Source of the DNA: Thermoplasmata archaeon
GTDB lineage: Archaea; Thermoplasmatota; Thermoplasmata; Lutacidiplasmatales; UBA184
Length of the DNA stretch: 64,000 nucleotides
Assembly: GCA_022750435.1 (NCBI GenBank)
Contig: JAKIVS010000001.1
Coordinates: 221,703 to 285,702, forward strand
Direction of reading: 5' to 3'
Positions 20,124-29,722 of this stretch are shown in pieces. A program made the translations under genes and the position numbers. Every line of letters begins with the position of its first letter. Within the stretch, counting starts at the first letter, position 1. Under the pieces are notes generated by a model. It worked only from the letters and a program-made list of their open reading frames with translations, made no database searches and had not been told where the DNA came from.

Positions 20124-20767
20124 AGACGTTCGTCAAGCTCTCCGGACTCACCGACCTCGACTCCGTCCGACTCGTCCCCGACGGGGGGGCCGCCGGGTTC
20201 CTCGTGGGGGTCCCAGGCTCTCCCCGCAACCTCGCCCCGGCCCGCGCCGCGGAGCTCGTGGCCGAGGTTCCGGCGGGCGCGGAGGTGTGGGCCGTCGCGC
20301 GCGCCCCCTCCGCCGAGCTGATCCACCAATTGTTCGACGAGGTCGGCGTCGACCGCGTTCAGGTGTTCGGCCCGGTCCCGGAGGGGCTCGAGTTCCTCGA
20401 GATGCACCACCTCGTACCGTCGCTCGCCATCCCTCGGGCCGGTACGGAAGGCGCCGAGCCGAAGGTACCTCCGGCCGAAGATTTCTCCCGGTTGCATCTC
20501 GACGCCGTCGGCGACCCGGCCATGGACGGAAGTGCCGAGCGACCGGACTGGGAAATGTGCGCCCGCATCGTGGACGGGCAACCGGGTCGGAAGCTCACCC
20601 TCGCGGGGGGTCTCACGGCCGAGAACGTGGCGGAGGCGTTGGCGGCGGTCCGGCCCTGGGGCGTGGACGTTACCGTCGGGGTCGAGATGGCTCCGGGCCG
20701 CAGCGACCCGGCGCGAGTGGCGGCGTTCCTCGCCGCCCTCGAGACGACCGAGTCCGGCGGGGCCTGA
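20120..20767 (+). CDS. trpF: Phosphoribosylanthranilate isomerase-like protein
   Basis: VKLSGLT, SPR, LAGGLTAENV and PWGVDV.GVE motifs. GTGA overlap with the aspartate kinase stop. Confidence 0.75.
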   Translation: MKTFVKLSGLTDLDSVRLVPDGGAAGFLVGVPGSPRNLAPARAAELVAEVPAGAEVWAVARAPSAELIHQLFDEVGVDRVQVFGPVPEGLEFLEMHHLVPSLAIPRAGTEGAEPKVPPAEDFSRLHLDAVGDPAMDGSAERPDWEMCARIVDGQPGRKLTLAGGLTAENVAEALAAVRPWGVDVTVGVEMAPGRSDPARVAAFLAALETTESGGA

Positions 20768-20794
20768 CGCTCCGCAACGAGCCTTCGCGGGCGC

Positions 20795-22303
20795 CTACTC
20801 GTCGCCGCGGGCCATCACGGGGACGGCAGATTCGACTCCGCCGTGTCCCCGCTCCGGGGAGGCTGCCGGACGCCCGGTCCCCGTGGAGTTCGGGAGCCCG
20901 AAGGCACGGACCTTGCCATCGGCGCAACCCTCCACGACGACCCCGTGGCCGACCGACGGGGCGGAGAGGAATCCGGCGGGACAGGTGAACGTCTTCAGGA
21001 CGGCCCCGTTGAGGGCCTCGATCACGCTGAGCACGTGACCCGCCGGCACGAACAGGAGCCCGTTCGCCGTCGTGGGCGCACCGAATCCGCCCGAGGAGAG
21101 CGCGTCCTTCCAGATCACGTGGCCGGTGGCGGGAGCGAGCGCCTCGACGCTCCCGTTGACGAGCTTCCCGGCGACCTTCGTCTCCCGGGTGGCGACGAAT
21201 AGGAGTCCCTGCGCGAAAGCGGCCGGCTCGACCGAGCTCGCGTGGGAGAGCATCCCGTACCAGACCGGTCCCTTCGAGAGGTTCGTACGATTCAGGGTGT
21301 AGAAGAAGCCGTTCTTGTTGATCGCCCCGACGAGCGGAGCGCCCGCCCGGTCCTGGAACAGCGTCGGCGTCGCCCCGAAGTCGCCGTCGAAGATCGACTC
21401 GTTGGCCGGAACGTCCCAGTACGACTCCACCGCGAGCGTGGTGGCGTTCACGGCGATCATCGCCTGGGTGTAGTTCGTGCCGTCGGTGGCATTCGGCGGG
21501 TTCCCCGTGGTCACGTAGATGGTGTTGCGCGCCACGTCGAGCGACGGCGAACTCCAGATGCTCCCGCCGAGCATCGTGGGGGAGACCGTGCGGAACAGGT
21601 GGTCGAGGGTACCGTTCGAGGCGTCGAGCTCGTACAATCCTCCCGGAACGAGCGGCATGTCGCACAGGCTCGCCGCCCCGACGTAGACGTGACCGTCCCA
21701 GACGAGGGGGCTCGACCAGGAGTAGTACCCGTTCAGCGGCGAGCCCTGTGTGTACATCCAGACGACCTTGCCGTTCGTCGCGTTGAGGGCCCAGTAGGTG
21801 CCGTTGCCGCCGCCGACGTAGACGGTGTTCCGGTAGATGGTCGCGCTCGAGCTGACGCCGATCGTGACCTTGGTGGGGCAGTAGGCACTGACCCCGAGGA
21901 ACGTCTTCCACACGATGGCGCCCGTGAGGAGGTTGTACGCCGTGAAGTTCCCGTCCCACGAGCCGATGTAGGTCCGGTCGCCGACGATGGCCGCCGACGC
22001 GGCGACGGACCGGTGCGTGGTGGCATTCCACAGCTCCACCATTGAAGGGGCGTTCGACACGTTGAGGACGTCGTCGCCGATGTTCGCCGACGTGCGCTGG
22101 TCGTTTTGCAGGTACGTCGGCCAGTCGTGACCGGGAAGGACCGTGGGCGTGGACAGGGAGGCGAGGTGCGCGCTCGGTCCCGCCCCGCTTCCGACGGCGG
22201 CGACGATCGGGGAACCGAAGCCGCTGAGGAGAAGCAGGAGCGTGGCGGCCAGGGTGACGACGAGTACGGGCATCGGGGAGGGAACGCGGAACGTCATGGC
22301 CAT
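20795..22303 (-). CDS. Secreted PQQ-binding-like beta-propeller protein
   Basis: N-terminal hydrophobic segment, DWPTY..N..RT, repeated A(L/Y)N..TG...W tryptophan-docking repeats, DGDFGATP; many NxS/T sequons. Confidence 0.8.
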   Translation of the reverse strand: MAMTFRVPSPMPVLVVTLAATLLLLLSGFGSPIVAAVGSGAGPSAHLASLSTPTVLPGHDWPTYLQNDQRTSANIGDDVLNVSNAPSMVELWNATTHRSVAASAAIVGDRTYIGSWDGNFTAYNLLTGAIVWKTFLGVSAYCPTKVTIGVSSSATIYRNTVYVGGGNGTYWALNATNGKVVWMYTQGSPLNGYYSWSSPLVWDGHVYVGAASLCDMPLVPGGLYELDASNGTLDHLFRTVSPTMLGGSIWSSPSLDVARNTIYVTTGNPPNATDGTNYTQAMIAVNATTLAVESYWDVPANESIFDGDFGATPTLFQDRAGAPLVGAINKNGFFYTLNRTNLSKGPVWYGMLSHASSVEPAAFAQGLLFVATRETKVAGKLVNGSVEALAPATGHVIWKDALSSGGFGAPTTANGLLFVPAGHVLSVIEALNGAVLKTFTCPAGFLSAPSVGHGVVVEGCADGKVRAFGLPNSTGTGRPAASPERGHGGVESAVPVMARGDE

Positions 22304-22371
22304 CGGGCCAGCGACTCGGCCTCTTGAAACCCATCGGTTGTCGGGCCCGACGCCCACCGATGCGACGAACG

Positions 22372-23433
22372 TTACGGACGGATCCGTTCGAGGCCGAGAA
22401 ACCGAACCGAGTTGTCGGGAGCGACCCCGGCGATCAGGAGGTCCTTGCGGACGCCCTGCGCCACCCGGACAGCCCCGGCGATCTCGGGCCACGGGGCGCG
22501 GTAGGTCGACGGGACAGCCCGCACCAGGTAGCGGGCATGCACCGTCTCCGGATTCCGTGGATACGCGCGGAGGTGCGCCCCATACTTGAACCCGGTTTTC
22601 ACGACGAGCTGACGAGAGCGCAGGACCCGGTACGTGGCGAGGCGCTCGGCGAAGCCATGCTCCAAGCGCTCGGCCCGCTGGCGGAGTCGCTCGAGCGGGA
22701 CGTCGCGTCCTCCCCGCGCGTCCTTCAACGTCAGTTGGCCCGCGTCGAGGAGGTGCGCCGCCTCCAGGAGCGACAGCTCGAGTCGCTCTCCGATCCGGCT
22801 TCCGTGGGCGAGTCCCTTTCCGAGGATGGCCACCGCCTCGTGGTCGAAGACGATCACCCGGTCCTCGGCCAGCCAACCCACCGCCGGCGCGCCCATCGTC
22901 TGGGCGGGGTGGGAGCCGACGGGCGTCGACCGGCGGAGGCGGTAGTACGTCAGGTCGGACTCCTCGTCGACGACGGCGACGAGCAACGACTTCTTCGCGC
23001 CGTGGGCGCGGTCGGCGAGCGCTTCGAGCTCCGCGAGGTCGAACGGCTGCCGCTCGGAGTAGGTGGCGACCCAGAACTTCGCGGGACTCTTGTTCAGGAT
23101 TCCGCCGCGAGGCAGCACCGCGAACGCGGTCGGCGGGGGCGAGCGTCGGACCACGTAGCCCCGCTGGCGCAGGTCCCGGTACACGATGTATCGGACCCCG
23201 AACCCCCGCTCCGAGCGCGCGGCGCGGCGGAACAGGTCGGGCCAGGCCACCGTCCGACCGCGGCCGTCGGTCACGGCGAGCCGCGCCATCTCGACGAGGT
23301 AGACGGTCTCGTACCGGTCGAGGGCGAGGCCGTCGCGGTCGGGCGTCCCGAAGAATCCCCGGCCGTACACCGTCCCGGCGTCGGTCGGCTCCGCGACCCG
23401 GGAGGTCGCGTCGCGCCCGAGGACCGCGCTCAC
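22372..23433 (-). CDS. endA: tRNA-intron lyase (splicing endonuclease), two-unit alpha2 type
   Basis: Tandem units (VYRDLRQRGY; YRVLR...VKTGFKYG..LRAY...HA.YLV...RVAQGVRK) with catalytic Tyr/His/Lys in the C-terminal unit; 353 aa. Confidence 0.92.
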   Translation of the reverse strand: MSAVLGRDATSRVAEPTDAGTVYGRGFFGTPDRDGLALDRYETVYLVEMARLAVTDGRGRTVAWPDLFRRAARSERGFGVRYIVYRDLRQRGYVVRRSPPPTAFAVLPRGGILNKSPAKFWVATYSERQPFDLAELEALADRAHGAKKSLLVAVVDEESDLTYYRLRRSTPVGSHPAQTMGAPAVGWLAEDRVIVFDHEAVAILGKGLAHGSRIGERLELSLLEAAHLLDAGQLTLKDARGGRDVPLERLRQRAERLEHGFAERLATYRVLRSRQLVVKTGFKYGAHLRAYPRNPETVHARYLVRAVPSTYRAPWPEIAGAVRVAQGVRKDLLIAGVAPDNSVRFLGLERIRP

Positions 23434-23957
23434 CGCGGGGACCCTCGCAACTCGGAGAGCGTGATGAGCGGGTCGAGACGCACCCCGAGGGTCGCGAGTC
23501 GCTCGGTCGCTCCCTGCTCCCGGTCGACCACGCAGACGACCCGGTCGACGACGCCGCCCGCGGCCCGCAGCAGTTCGACCGTTTCGGCGACGGAGCCCCC
23601 GGTCGTCGTGACGTCCTCGACGACGAGCACCCGGGCGCCGGTCGGGATCTCCCCTTCGACGCGCTGGCCGGTGCCGTGCGAGCGTCCGGCCTTGCGAACG
23701 ATCGCGTACGGGCGATGCGACGCGAGCGCCAGGGCGACGAGGATCGGGACGGCCCCGAGCTCCATGCCGGCGAGCCGTTCGGCGTCCCCGACGCGGGCGA
23801 CGAGCCGCTCGGCGATCCGCCGGAGCCGCTCGGGATCCGTGGTCGCGCGCTTCACGTCGACGTAGAGGTCGGAGGTCTGGCCGCTCGTGAGCGTGAACGT
23901 CCCGAACCGGACGGCGCCGGACTCGAGCAGGTCCTTGGCGAGCGCCGCGTCCGTCAT
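23430..23957 (-). CDS. pyrE: Orotate phosphoribosyltransferase
   Basis: FGTFTLTSGQTSDLYVD, VEDVTTTGGS PRPP motif, VVDR. Confidence 0.95.
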   Translation of the reverse strand: MTDAALAKDLLESGAVRFGTFTLTSGQTSDLYVDVKRATTDPERLRRIAERLVARVGDAERLAGMELGAVPILVALALASHRPYAIVRKAGRSHGTGQRVEGEIPTGARVLVVEDVTTTGGSVAETVELLRAAGGVVDRVVCVVDREQGATERLATLGVRLDPLITLSELRGSPR

Positions 23958-23979
23958 CCTCGGGGACTCCTGCTCGCGG

Positions 23980-24558
23980 TCACCACGGGACCTTCTTGAG
24001 CCCGACCCAGTAGCCGACGTAGTTGAAAAGTGCGTGGAGCCCGAGGGTGTAGACGAGGAGCCACGCCACCGCCTCGAGCGAACCGAACGTCGCCACGAAC
24101 ACCGAGGGAAACAGAACGATCCCGATGCCGATCGGGACGAGGACGAACGGGAGTTGGTCGAGCAGCAGCGTACGGGCCCCGCTCTCCCGGCCGAGACGTC
24201 GCTTGACGAAGGAGCCGAGCGCGTCGCCCGTCATCGCCCCACACGCGAGGAGGAAGACGAGCGGAACGGCGGCCAGCACCGTGGCCCCGTAGACGGGGAC
24301 GATCGCAAGGTTCGGCGGTGCGGCGAGGATCAGGAACGCCTCGAGGAGTCCGAACGGCATCGCGAACAGCGTCCCGAACCAGAATCCGGACCAGCTCTTC
24401 GAGGTCCCCAGGATCCGGCGTCCGTCCCACGGCCAGGTCCGGCCGAGGTCCATCGGGGGTCCGCGTCCGCGCGGGATCGTCGCCGTGGCGTTGGCGATCA
24501 TCGCCGGGAGGAGGACCCAAAGGACGTCGATGGCGACCTTCAGGTGCGGGTCGACCAC
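23980..24558 (-). CDS. carS: CDP-archaeol synthase
   Basis: PAMIANA, PMD.G..DGRRILG.SKSW.G, GDALGSFVKRRLG, LLDQLPF and GLKKVPW motifs. Confidence 0.93.
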   Translation of the reverse strand: MVDPHLKVAIDVLWVLLPAMIANATATIPRGRGPPMDLGRTWPWDGRRILGTSKSWSGFWFGTLFAMPFGLLEAFLILAAPPNLAIVPVYGATVLAAVPLVFLLACGAMTGDALGSFVKRRLGRESGARTLLLDQLPFVLVPIGIGIVLFPSVFVATFGSLEAVAWLLVYTLGLHALFNYVGYWVGLKKVPW

Positions 24559-24571
24559 GGCGGTCGCCCCG

Positions 24572-26206
24572 CTACGGCTCGCGAACGAACCGCTCGATCA
24601 CCTGGGCGACGCTCGCCAGGAGGTGCGGGTCGACGCTCTCCTCCGCCTCGTGGATGTGGGCGTCGCGGTCCATGCTGCCGAACACCAGCGCGGGGAGCGG
24701 TTCCCCGGCGGGCGTCGTAAGGCCGACCAGCGAGCTCGCGTCGGTCCCGCCGTACTCTCCAAAGATTCCGGGCTCGTGGAAGTACTCGGTGCACAGTCGC
24801 TCGAGCCGACGGGCGAACGGATGGGTCGGCGAGAGCGAGTACCCGCCCCGCGCGCGCGCCAGCGGGGCATCGAACTTCGCGTGGGGGAGGAGCGTCTCGA
24901 CCTCGGTCCGGAGGCGGGCGAGCACCTCATCGCGGCCCTCGGCGAGTGCCATTTCCGGTAGAAGGCGGAGGTCGACCGAGAACGTCGCTGTCCCCCGGGC
25001 GTCGAACTTGAGGGCGCCGCGGGAGACCGCGTCGGCGAGGATGTCGAGGGTCTCCGGTACGGGGTTGGCGCCGCGGTGGGGGTACCCCCCGTGGGAGCTC
25101 AGACCGACGACCTGGACGGCGCGCGCCCCGGGGGGAACCGTGAGGGAGCTGCCCGTTGCGGCCGCCACACGGAACGGGGCATGGACGGCTCCCTCGAAGG
25201 CACGGACGGCCGCGTCCACAGCGGCCGCGTCGCCGGCCAACACGATCGTCACCGACTGGGCGATCTGATTCGCCGCATCGGTCTCGGCGTGGGCGGCCAA
25301 CAGTCGGGCCGGCCCGCCTTCGGTCCCGGTGGACTCGACGTCGAACTTCGTGACGGTCGCGCGGCCCGTGATCACCGGGTCCGGGGCGCCGTGGTCCGGC
25401 CAATCCGGCGACACGAACACCGAGCGCCACGTCTTGACGTGCTGGTGGAGCTCGACGAGGTGTTCGCCGAGCTCGAGCGTCTCCGCCGTCGTGGCGGGCT
25501 CGTCGAAGGAAGCGTCGAGGAACACGAGCCCCGAGGAGCCCGCCGTGGCATGCGGGCTCCCGTCGGGAATCAGCGCGACCTCTCCGCGCAGGAAACGCTG
25601 GGGGTCGTTCGGTCCGAGCCGGTCGTCGTGCGCCCGGAGCTGCTCGATGCCGCCGGCGCCGCCGGTCTCCTCGTCGCAGCAGACCAGAAGGCGGACGTTG
25701 CGGGGAGGCGCCTTCTCCCCGGCCATCCGGCGCATCGCGAGGAGGCTCGCCACCACGCCGCTCCCCAGGTCGTCGTTGGCACCCCGGGCGTACAGTCGGC
25801 CGTTCGACCGAAGCGTGAGCGCGTGCGGGGGCGTCTTCCAGCGTCCCTTCTGCTCCTCCGGGACCGGCACGACGTCATAGTGGGCGAGGATCAACGCCGT
25901 GGTCGGGGCCCCGACGTCGAGATCGACGATGATGTTGGGGCGCGGGATCCCACGGAGCTCCGGGTCGTGGGGGGCGTCGACGACCGGGTCGAAGATCCGC
26001 GTGTGCATGCCCCAGTCCCGGGCCGTGCGGACGATCCGGTCGGCGGCGCGCCGGTAGTTCGGCTTCTCGTACCGGTTCCGAGGGGGGTCCTCGAGGTTCG
26101 TGGGGGCGATGGCGACGAGCTCGGCGAGCAGTCGGAGGGCGTCGCCGTCGCCGAGCGCCTGGGCCGCGGACTTGGGGAGCGGCTCTCCGGACACCGGTTC
26201 CGACAT
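24572..26206 (-). CDS. M20/M25/M40 family metallo-hydrolase (ArgE/DapE-like)
   Basis: AHYDVVP, YARGANDD, DEE, GGTDA and HEAEE metal-binding motifs. Confidence 0.85.
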   Translation of the reverse strand: MSEPVSGEPLPKSAAQALGDGDALRLLAELVAIAPTNLEDPPRNRYEKPNYRRAADRIVRTARDWGMHTRIFDPVVDAPHDPELRGIPRPNIIVDLDVGAPTTALILAHYDVVPVPEEQKGRWKTPPHALTLRSNGRLYARGANDDLGSGVVASLLAMRRMAGEKAPPRNVRLLVCCDEETGGAGGIEQLRAHDDRLGPNDPQRFLRGEVALIPDGSPHATAGSSGLVFLDASFDEPATTAETLELGEHLVELHQHVKTWRSVFVSPDWPDHGAPDPVITGRATVTKFDVESTGTEGGPARLLAAHAETDAANQIAQSVTIVLAGDAAAVDAAVRAFEGAVHAPFRVAAATGSSLTVPPGARAVQVVGLSSHGGYPHRGANPVPETLDILADAVSRGALKFDARGTATFSVDLRLLPEMALAEGRDEVLARLRTEVETLLPHAKFDAPLARARGGYSLSPTHPFARRLERLCTEYFHEPGIFGEYGGTDASSLVGLTTPAGEPLPALVFGSMDRDAHIHEAEESVDPHLLASVAQVIERFVREP

Positions 26207-26222
26207 CGTTCGACCTCCGAGC

Positions 26223-28034
26223 TCAGCGGGCGGCGAGGAGGACCACGAGCGAACTCGTCAGGAGGAGCAGGTAGGTCGTCAGGAACGCGTTCCCGAACAT
26301 CGAGACGGTGTCGCCGAGGGAGGTCAAAAGCCGTTGGGTCCAGGCCGGCTGGAGGACCCGGACCGACGCGATGGCCCGGGTCCCGCTGACGGCCGTCGCG
26401 TCGGTCAGGTCCGCGATCGCTTGCTCGACCAGGGCCTTCGCATCGCGGGCCAGCGCGGCCCCGGAGTACCGCTCGCCGACCGGATTGATCCCGCCGTCGA
26501 CCTCGTGCACGATGTGGTTGTCCGTCGTCATCACCTCGGCTTCGTCCACGAGGGGGGCCAGCGCCTCGAGGATGGGCGCGCGCAGCCCGCGCAGGAGATT
26601 GTTCCCGTCGATCAGGACGTGGGCGCTCCGACGGCCCCCGGCTTCGACGACCCAGGCCCTCAGCCCGGCCGGGCCGATCCCGTGCACCCGGACCGAATAG
26701 TCGGTGCGCGACGCCGCCCCGAATCGGAATGGACCGGCGGTGGCGGCCGTGTTGGCGGCGTCGACGGCGGCGGAGATGTCCCGCACCAGCTTCGCCGCCT
26801 TCGGCGTCGCGTAGGTGAGGTCGCCCTCCCCCTCGACGTAGGAGTTGTGCGCGTCGATGAGGGCGATCCGGGCGCCGGCCGACTCGGCCGCGCGCACCAG
26901 CGGGTCGACGACGGCGAAGTCGATGTCGTCCGTCGGCTCCGGTGCCTGGGTCACGGTCACGACGACCGCGTCGCCGAGGCGCTGGGCGCGGGCGAAGGAG
27001 TCGGGGTACGGCCGCACGAGGGGGCCCGCGCGGGCTTCGCCCGTCGCCGGGAGCGCCGCGAGAAGGGCGACCGCGGCGTCTGCGACCGCCGAGAACTCGG
27101 CACCGGTCGGCAAGTCGAGGTCGTGGTTGCACGGCGTGTGCGGGACGAACACCGTCCCGGCCGACGCTCCGAGGCGTTCGGCGAGCCGGCGGGGCAGGTC
27201 CGAGGAGCCGAGCGCGGCGAACGGTCCGGGGTGGACCGTCGGCAGGGCGATCGTGGCCTTGATCCGGCCGCCGGACCGGATGGCGAGCAAGGTGATCCGG
27301 AGGTCGGCGGGAACCGAGAACCTCGCAAAGAACCGCTCCAGTTCGGCGGTCGCTCCCGGGTCCCGGGCATTGATGTGGTCGAGCAGCGGCCGGATCAGCG
27401 CGACGCCGGAGTGGCCGAACTCCCGTCGGAGCGGCCGGTCCGCCGCGCGGAGCAGGAGCGCGCAGGCGAGGAATCCGAAGAGGAGGAAGATGAGCCCCTC
27501 GATGACGAGCGGAACGGTGGGGGACACCAGGTACAGGATCCCGAGGAACGCCAGCACGGGCTGGAGGAGAGAGGCGGGAAGGGACCGGGCGTGGTCCGGG
27601 CTCGAGATCCCGAACAGGCTCATGTGACGGAACCAGAGGACGGGGCCGAGGAGGAACACGAGGTACAATCCGACCGGTGGAAGGGCGGCGGGAATGGCGT
27701 ACACGACCAGTCGTTCGAGGGCCACGACGGGGAGCGGGATGACGGCGGAGGTTGCGGCGAGGAGGAACGACCGCCGCCAGGAGATCCGCCCTCCGAGCGC
27801 GCTGGCGACGGGGACCGTCAGCGCGCCGGCGACGAGCGCCGGCCCGAGGAACACGAGGAGAAGGACCGACCCGAACGAGTACGCCCCGTCGGAGGGGAAC
27901 GCCACGAGGGCGGCCGTGACGACGCTCGCCAGCGCCGCGTAGACGACGCAGAGCGGGAGCGAGGGGGCGCGGAACAGGAACCGCGTGAAGGCGGGCTCGG
28001 AGAACGAGCCGGGGGCGTCAGCCGCCGCGGGCAC
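26223..28034 (-). CDS. DUF2070 family membrane protein
   Basis: N-terminal TM bundle, then VHPGPF...GSS.LP, H..CNHDLD, IDAHN, DGNN and TTDNH motifs, and a C-terminal TM helix. Confidence 0.85.
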   Translation of the reverse strand: MPAAADAPGSFSEPAFTRFLFRAPSLPLCVVYAALASVVTAALVAFPSDGAYSFGSVLLLVFLGPALVAGALTVPVASALGGRISWRRSFLLAATSAVIPLPVVALERLVVYAIPAALPPVGLYLVFLLGPVLWFRHMSLFGISSPDHARSLPASLLQPVLAFLGILYLVSPTVPLVIEGLIFLLFGFLACALLLRAADRPLRREFGHSGVALIRPLLDHINARDPGATAELERFFARFSVPADLRITLLAIRSGGRIKATIALPTVHPGPFAALGSSDLPRRLAERLGASAGTVFVPHTPCNHDLDLPTGAEFSAVADAAVALLAALPATGEARAGPLVRPYPDSFARAQRLGDAVVVTVTQAPEPTDDIDFAVVDPLVRAAESAGARIALIDAHNSYVEGEGDLTYATPKAAKLVRDISAAVDAANTAATAGPFRFGAASRTDYSVRVHGIGPAGLRAWVVEAGGRRSAHVLIDGNNLLRGLRAPILEALAPLVDEAEVMTTDNHIVHEVDGGINPVGERYSGAALARDAKALVEQAIADLTDATAVSGTRAIASVRVLQPAWTQRLLTSLGDTVSMFGNAFLTTYLLLLTSSLVVLLAAR

Positions 28035-28767
28035 GCCTCACCTCGCCGAGGATTCCGCGAAGGCCTTCCCCCAACCCTTCCTCCTCGGTCACCGTCCCGG
28101 TCACCAGGATCTGGGCTCCCGCCTCGAGAAGGGTTCGCGCGTCGGCGGCCGTCCGAATGCCGCCGCCGACGATCAGCGGGATGTGCAACACGTCCCGGAC
28201 CTTCCGGACCATCTCCGCCGGGACCGGGGCGGGTGCCCCGGAGCCGGCCTCGAGGTAGACCATCTTCATCCCGAGCAGCTCGGCGGCGAGCGCGTAGCCG
28301 ATGGCCACGTCGGGGGCGTCCCGGGGGACGGCGTCGACCTCCCCCACTTCGCCGACGCGCATCCCGGGGGCGATGACCAGGTAGCCGAGCGCGATCGTCT
28401 CGAGCCCCATCGCGCGGATGTGGGGCGCGGCGAGGGCATGCACCCGGATGACCAGGTCGAGGCGCCGGGAATTGAGCAGGCTCATGAACAGCACCGCATC
28501 CGCCGCGTCGGTGAGCGAGGACGGACCTTCCGGAAAGATGATCGTCGGGACGGGAACCTTCCCCTTGACGGCCCGCGCCGCCTCCGCCATCTTCTCTCGG
28601 GAGATCCCGGTCGAGCCCCCCAGGAGAATCGCATCGGAGCCGAGGGCCACCGCCCCTTCGGCGATCTCCGCCGCCTTCGCCCCGGGCGACTTGTCCGGGT
28701 CGATGAGGGTGAAGTGGAGGGGACCGGCCCGGAGCCGTTCGGTGAGGCCGTCCAGCACGCGACCCAT
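28018..28767 (-). CDS. Geranylgeranylglyceryl phosphate (GGGP) synthase
   Basis: HFTLIDPDK, GGSTG, FMSLLNS, YLEAGSGA, VGGGIR and VTGT motifs. Confidence 0.95.
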   Translation of the reverse strand: MGRVLDGLTERLRAGPLHFTLIDPDKSPGAKAAEIAEGAVALGSDAILLGGSTGISREKMAEAARAVKGKVPVPTIIFPEGPSSLTDAADAVLFMSLLNSRRLDLVIRVHALAAPHIRAMGLETIALGYLVIAPGMRVGEVGEVDAVPRDAPDVAIGYALAAELLGMKMVYLEAGSGAPAPVPAEMVRKVRDVLHIPLIVGGGIRTAADARTLLEAGAQILVTGTVTEEEGLGEGLRGILGEVRRARGG

Positions 28768-28775
28768 CGTTCGAG

Positions 28776-29624
28776 TTACCGGAACGCCACCGCGAGGAAG
28801 GCGAGGAGCGCCACCGTCATCGCCGCCTTGCTGAGCGTCTGCTCGAAGTGGGGCCGCCCCGGCAGCCAGGCGACCGAGACGACGAACAACGCATCGGCGG
28901 CGACCACCGAGGCGAGATACATAATCCCCGCGATGGAGGCGGGCGCGAGGTAGGTCAGCAGCGGCACCGGGCTGAGCACGATCGCGAGGCCCACCGAGAG
29001 GCGCGCCGTCGTCGTGGCGACTCCGAACCCCCGGACGCGTGGGAGGGTCCGACGTTCCGTGTCCCCCTCCGCGTCCTCCATGTCCTTGATCACCTCACGG
29101 CTCAGGGTGGCCCCGAACGCCATCAACGCGAACGGAACAACGACCCAGGCGTTGCCGGCCGCCGCGCCGCCGTAGAGGAACACCATTCCCGTGAGCGAGG
29201 CGACGAGGAGATTCCCGGCGAACCCGACGGACTTGAACCGGAACTCGTAGCCGAGGAGGGCGGCCACGGCGATGAGGAAGATCGGGAGGAGAAGCGGGGC
29301 GATCAGTACAACCGGGAGGATGGCCAATCCGCCGACGACGAGCAGGGTCGCCGCGCCGGTCCGCGCCGCGCCGACCGAAACCGCTCCCGTGACCAGAGGG
29401 CGGTCCGGATGGTTGGTCCGGTCCGACTCGCGGTCGAGGACGTCGTTGACAACGTTCCCGCCGGCCGTGACGCACGCGGTGGAGACCGCGGCCAGGAGAA
29501 CGACGAACCAGAATCCGCTGGTCCCAGGGATGCCGGCGCCTCGGGCGGCCAAGCCGCCCACCACCGTCCCCGCGAAGGCGGTCAGCGTGTTACCGACGCG
29601 GACGAGGTGCAGCCAAGGATGCAC
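28776..29624 (-). CDS. Digeranylgeranylglyceryl phosphate (DGGGP) synthase, UbiA family
   Basis: GNVVNDVLD...D..NHPDRPL and REVIKDMEDAEGD Asp-rich motifs; adjacent to GGGP synthase. Confidence 0.9.
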   Translation of the reverse strand: MHPWLHLVRVGNTLTAFAGTVVGGLAARGAGIPGTSGFWFVVLLAAVSTACVTAGGNVVNDVLDRESDRTNHPDRPLVTGAVSVGAARTGAATLLVVGGLAILPVVLIAPLLLPIFLIAVAALLGYEFRFKSVGFAGNLLVASLTGMVFLYGGAAAGNAWVVVPFALMAFGATLSREVIKDMEDAEGDTERRTLPRVRGFGVATTTARLSVGLAIVLSPVPLLTYLAPASIAGIMYLASVVAADALFVVSVAWLPGRPHFEQTLSKAAMTVALLAFLAVAFR

Positions 29625-29693
29625 GCGCCGCCGATGGGAGGGTCGTCAGGATAACGGTATCGCGAGGGCGGTGACGCCACGGTTCGCGGCGGG

Positions 29694-29699
29694 TTATAA
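29694..29699 (+). promoter_or_regulatory. TATA box (TTATAA), probable leaderless promoter of the M16 pair
   Basis: TTATAA about 24 nt upstream of ATG 29723 in a GC-rich background. Confidence 0.55.
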
Positions 29700-29722
29700 G
29701 CCGGGTCCGGCTCGTCGGACCG

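Noticed and set aside
10393-22303. PQQ biosynthesis / dehydrogenase system (PqqC-like gene plus PQQ-propeller protein)
   Set aside because: No pqqA, B, D or E. The two genes are 10 kb apart on opposite strands, and the PqqC-like protein carries CADD-type metal ligands.
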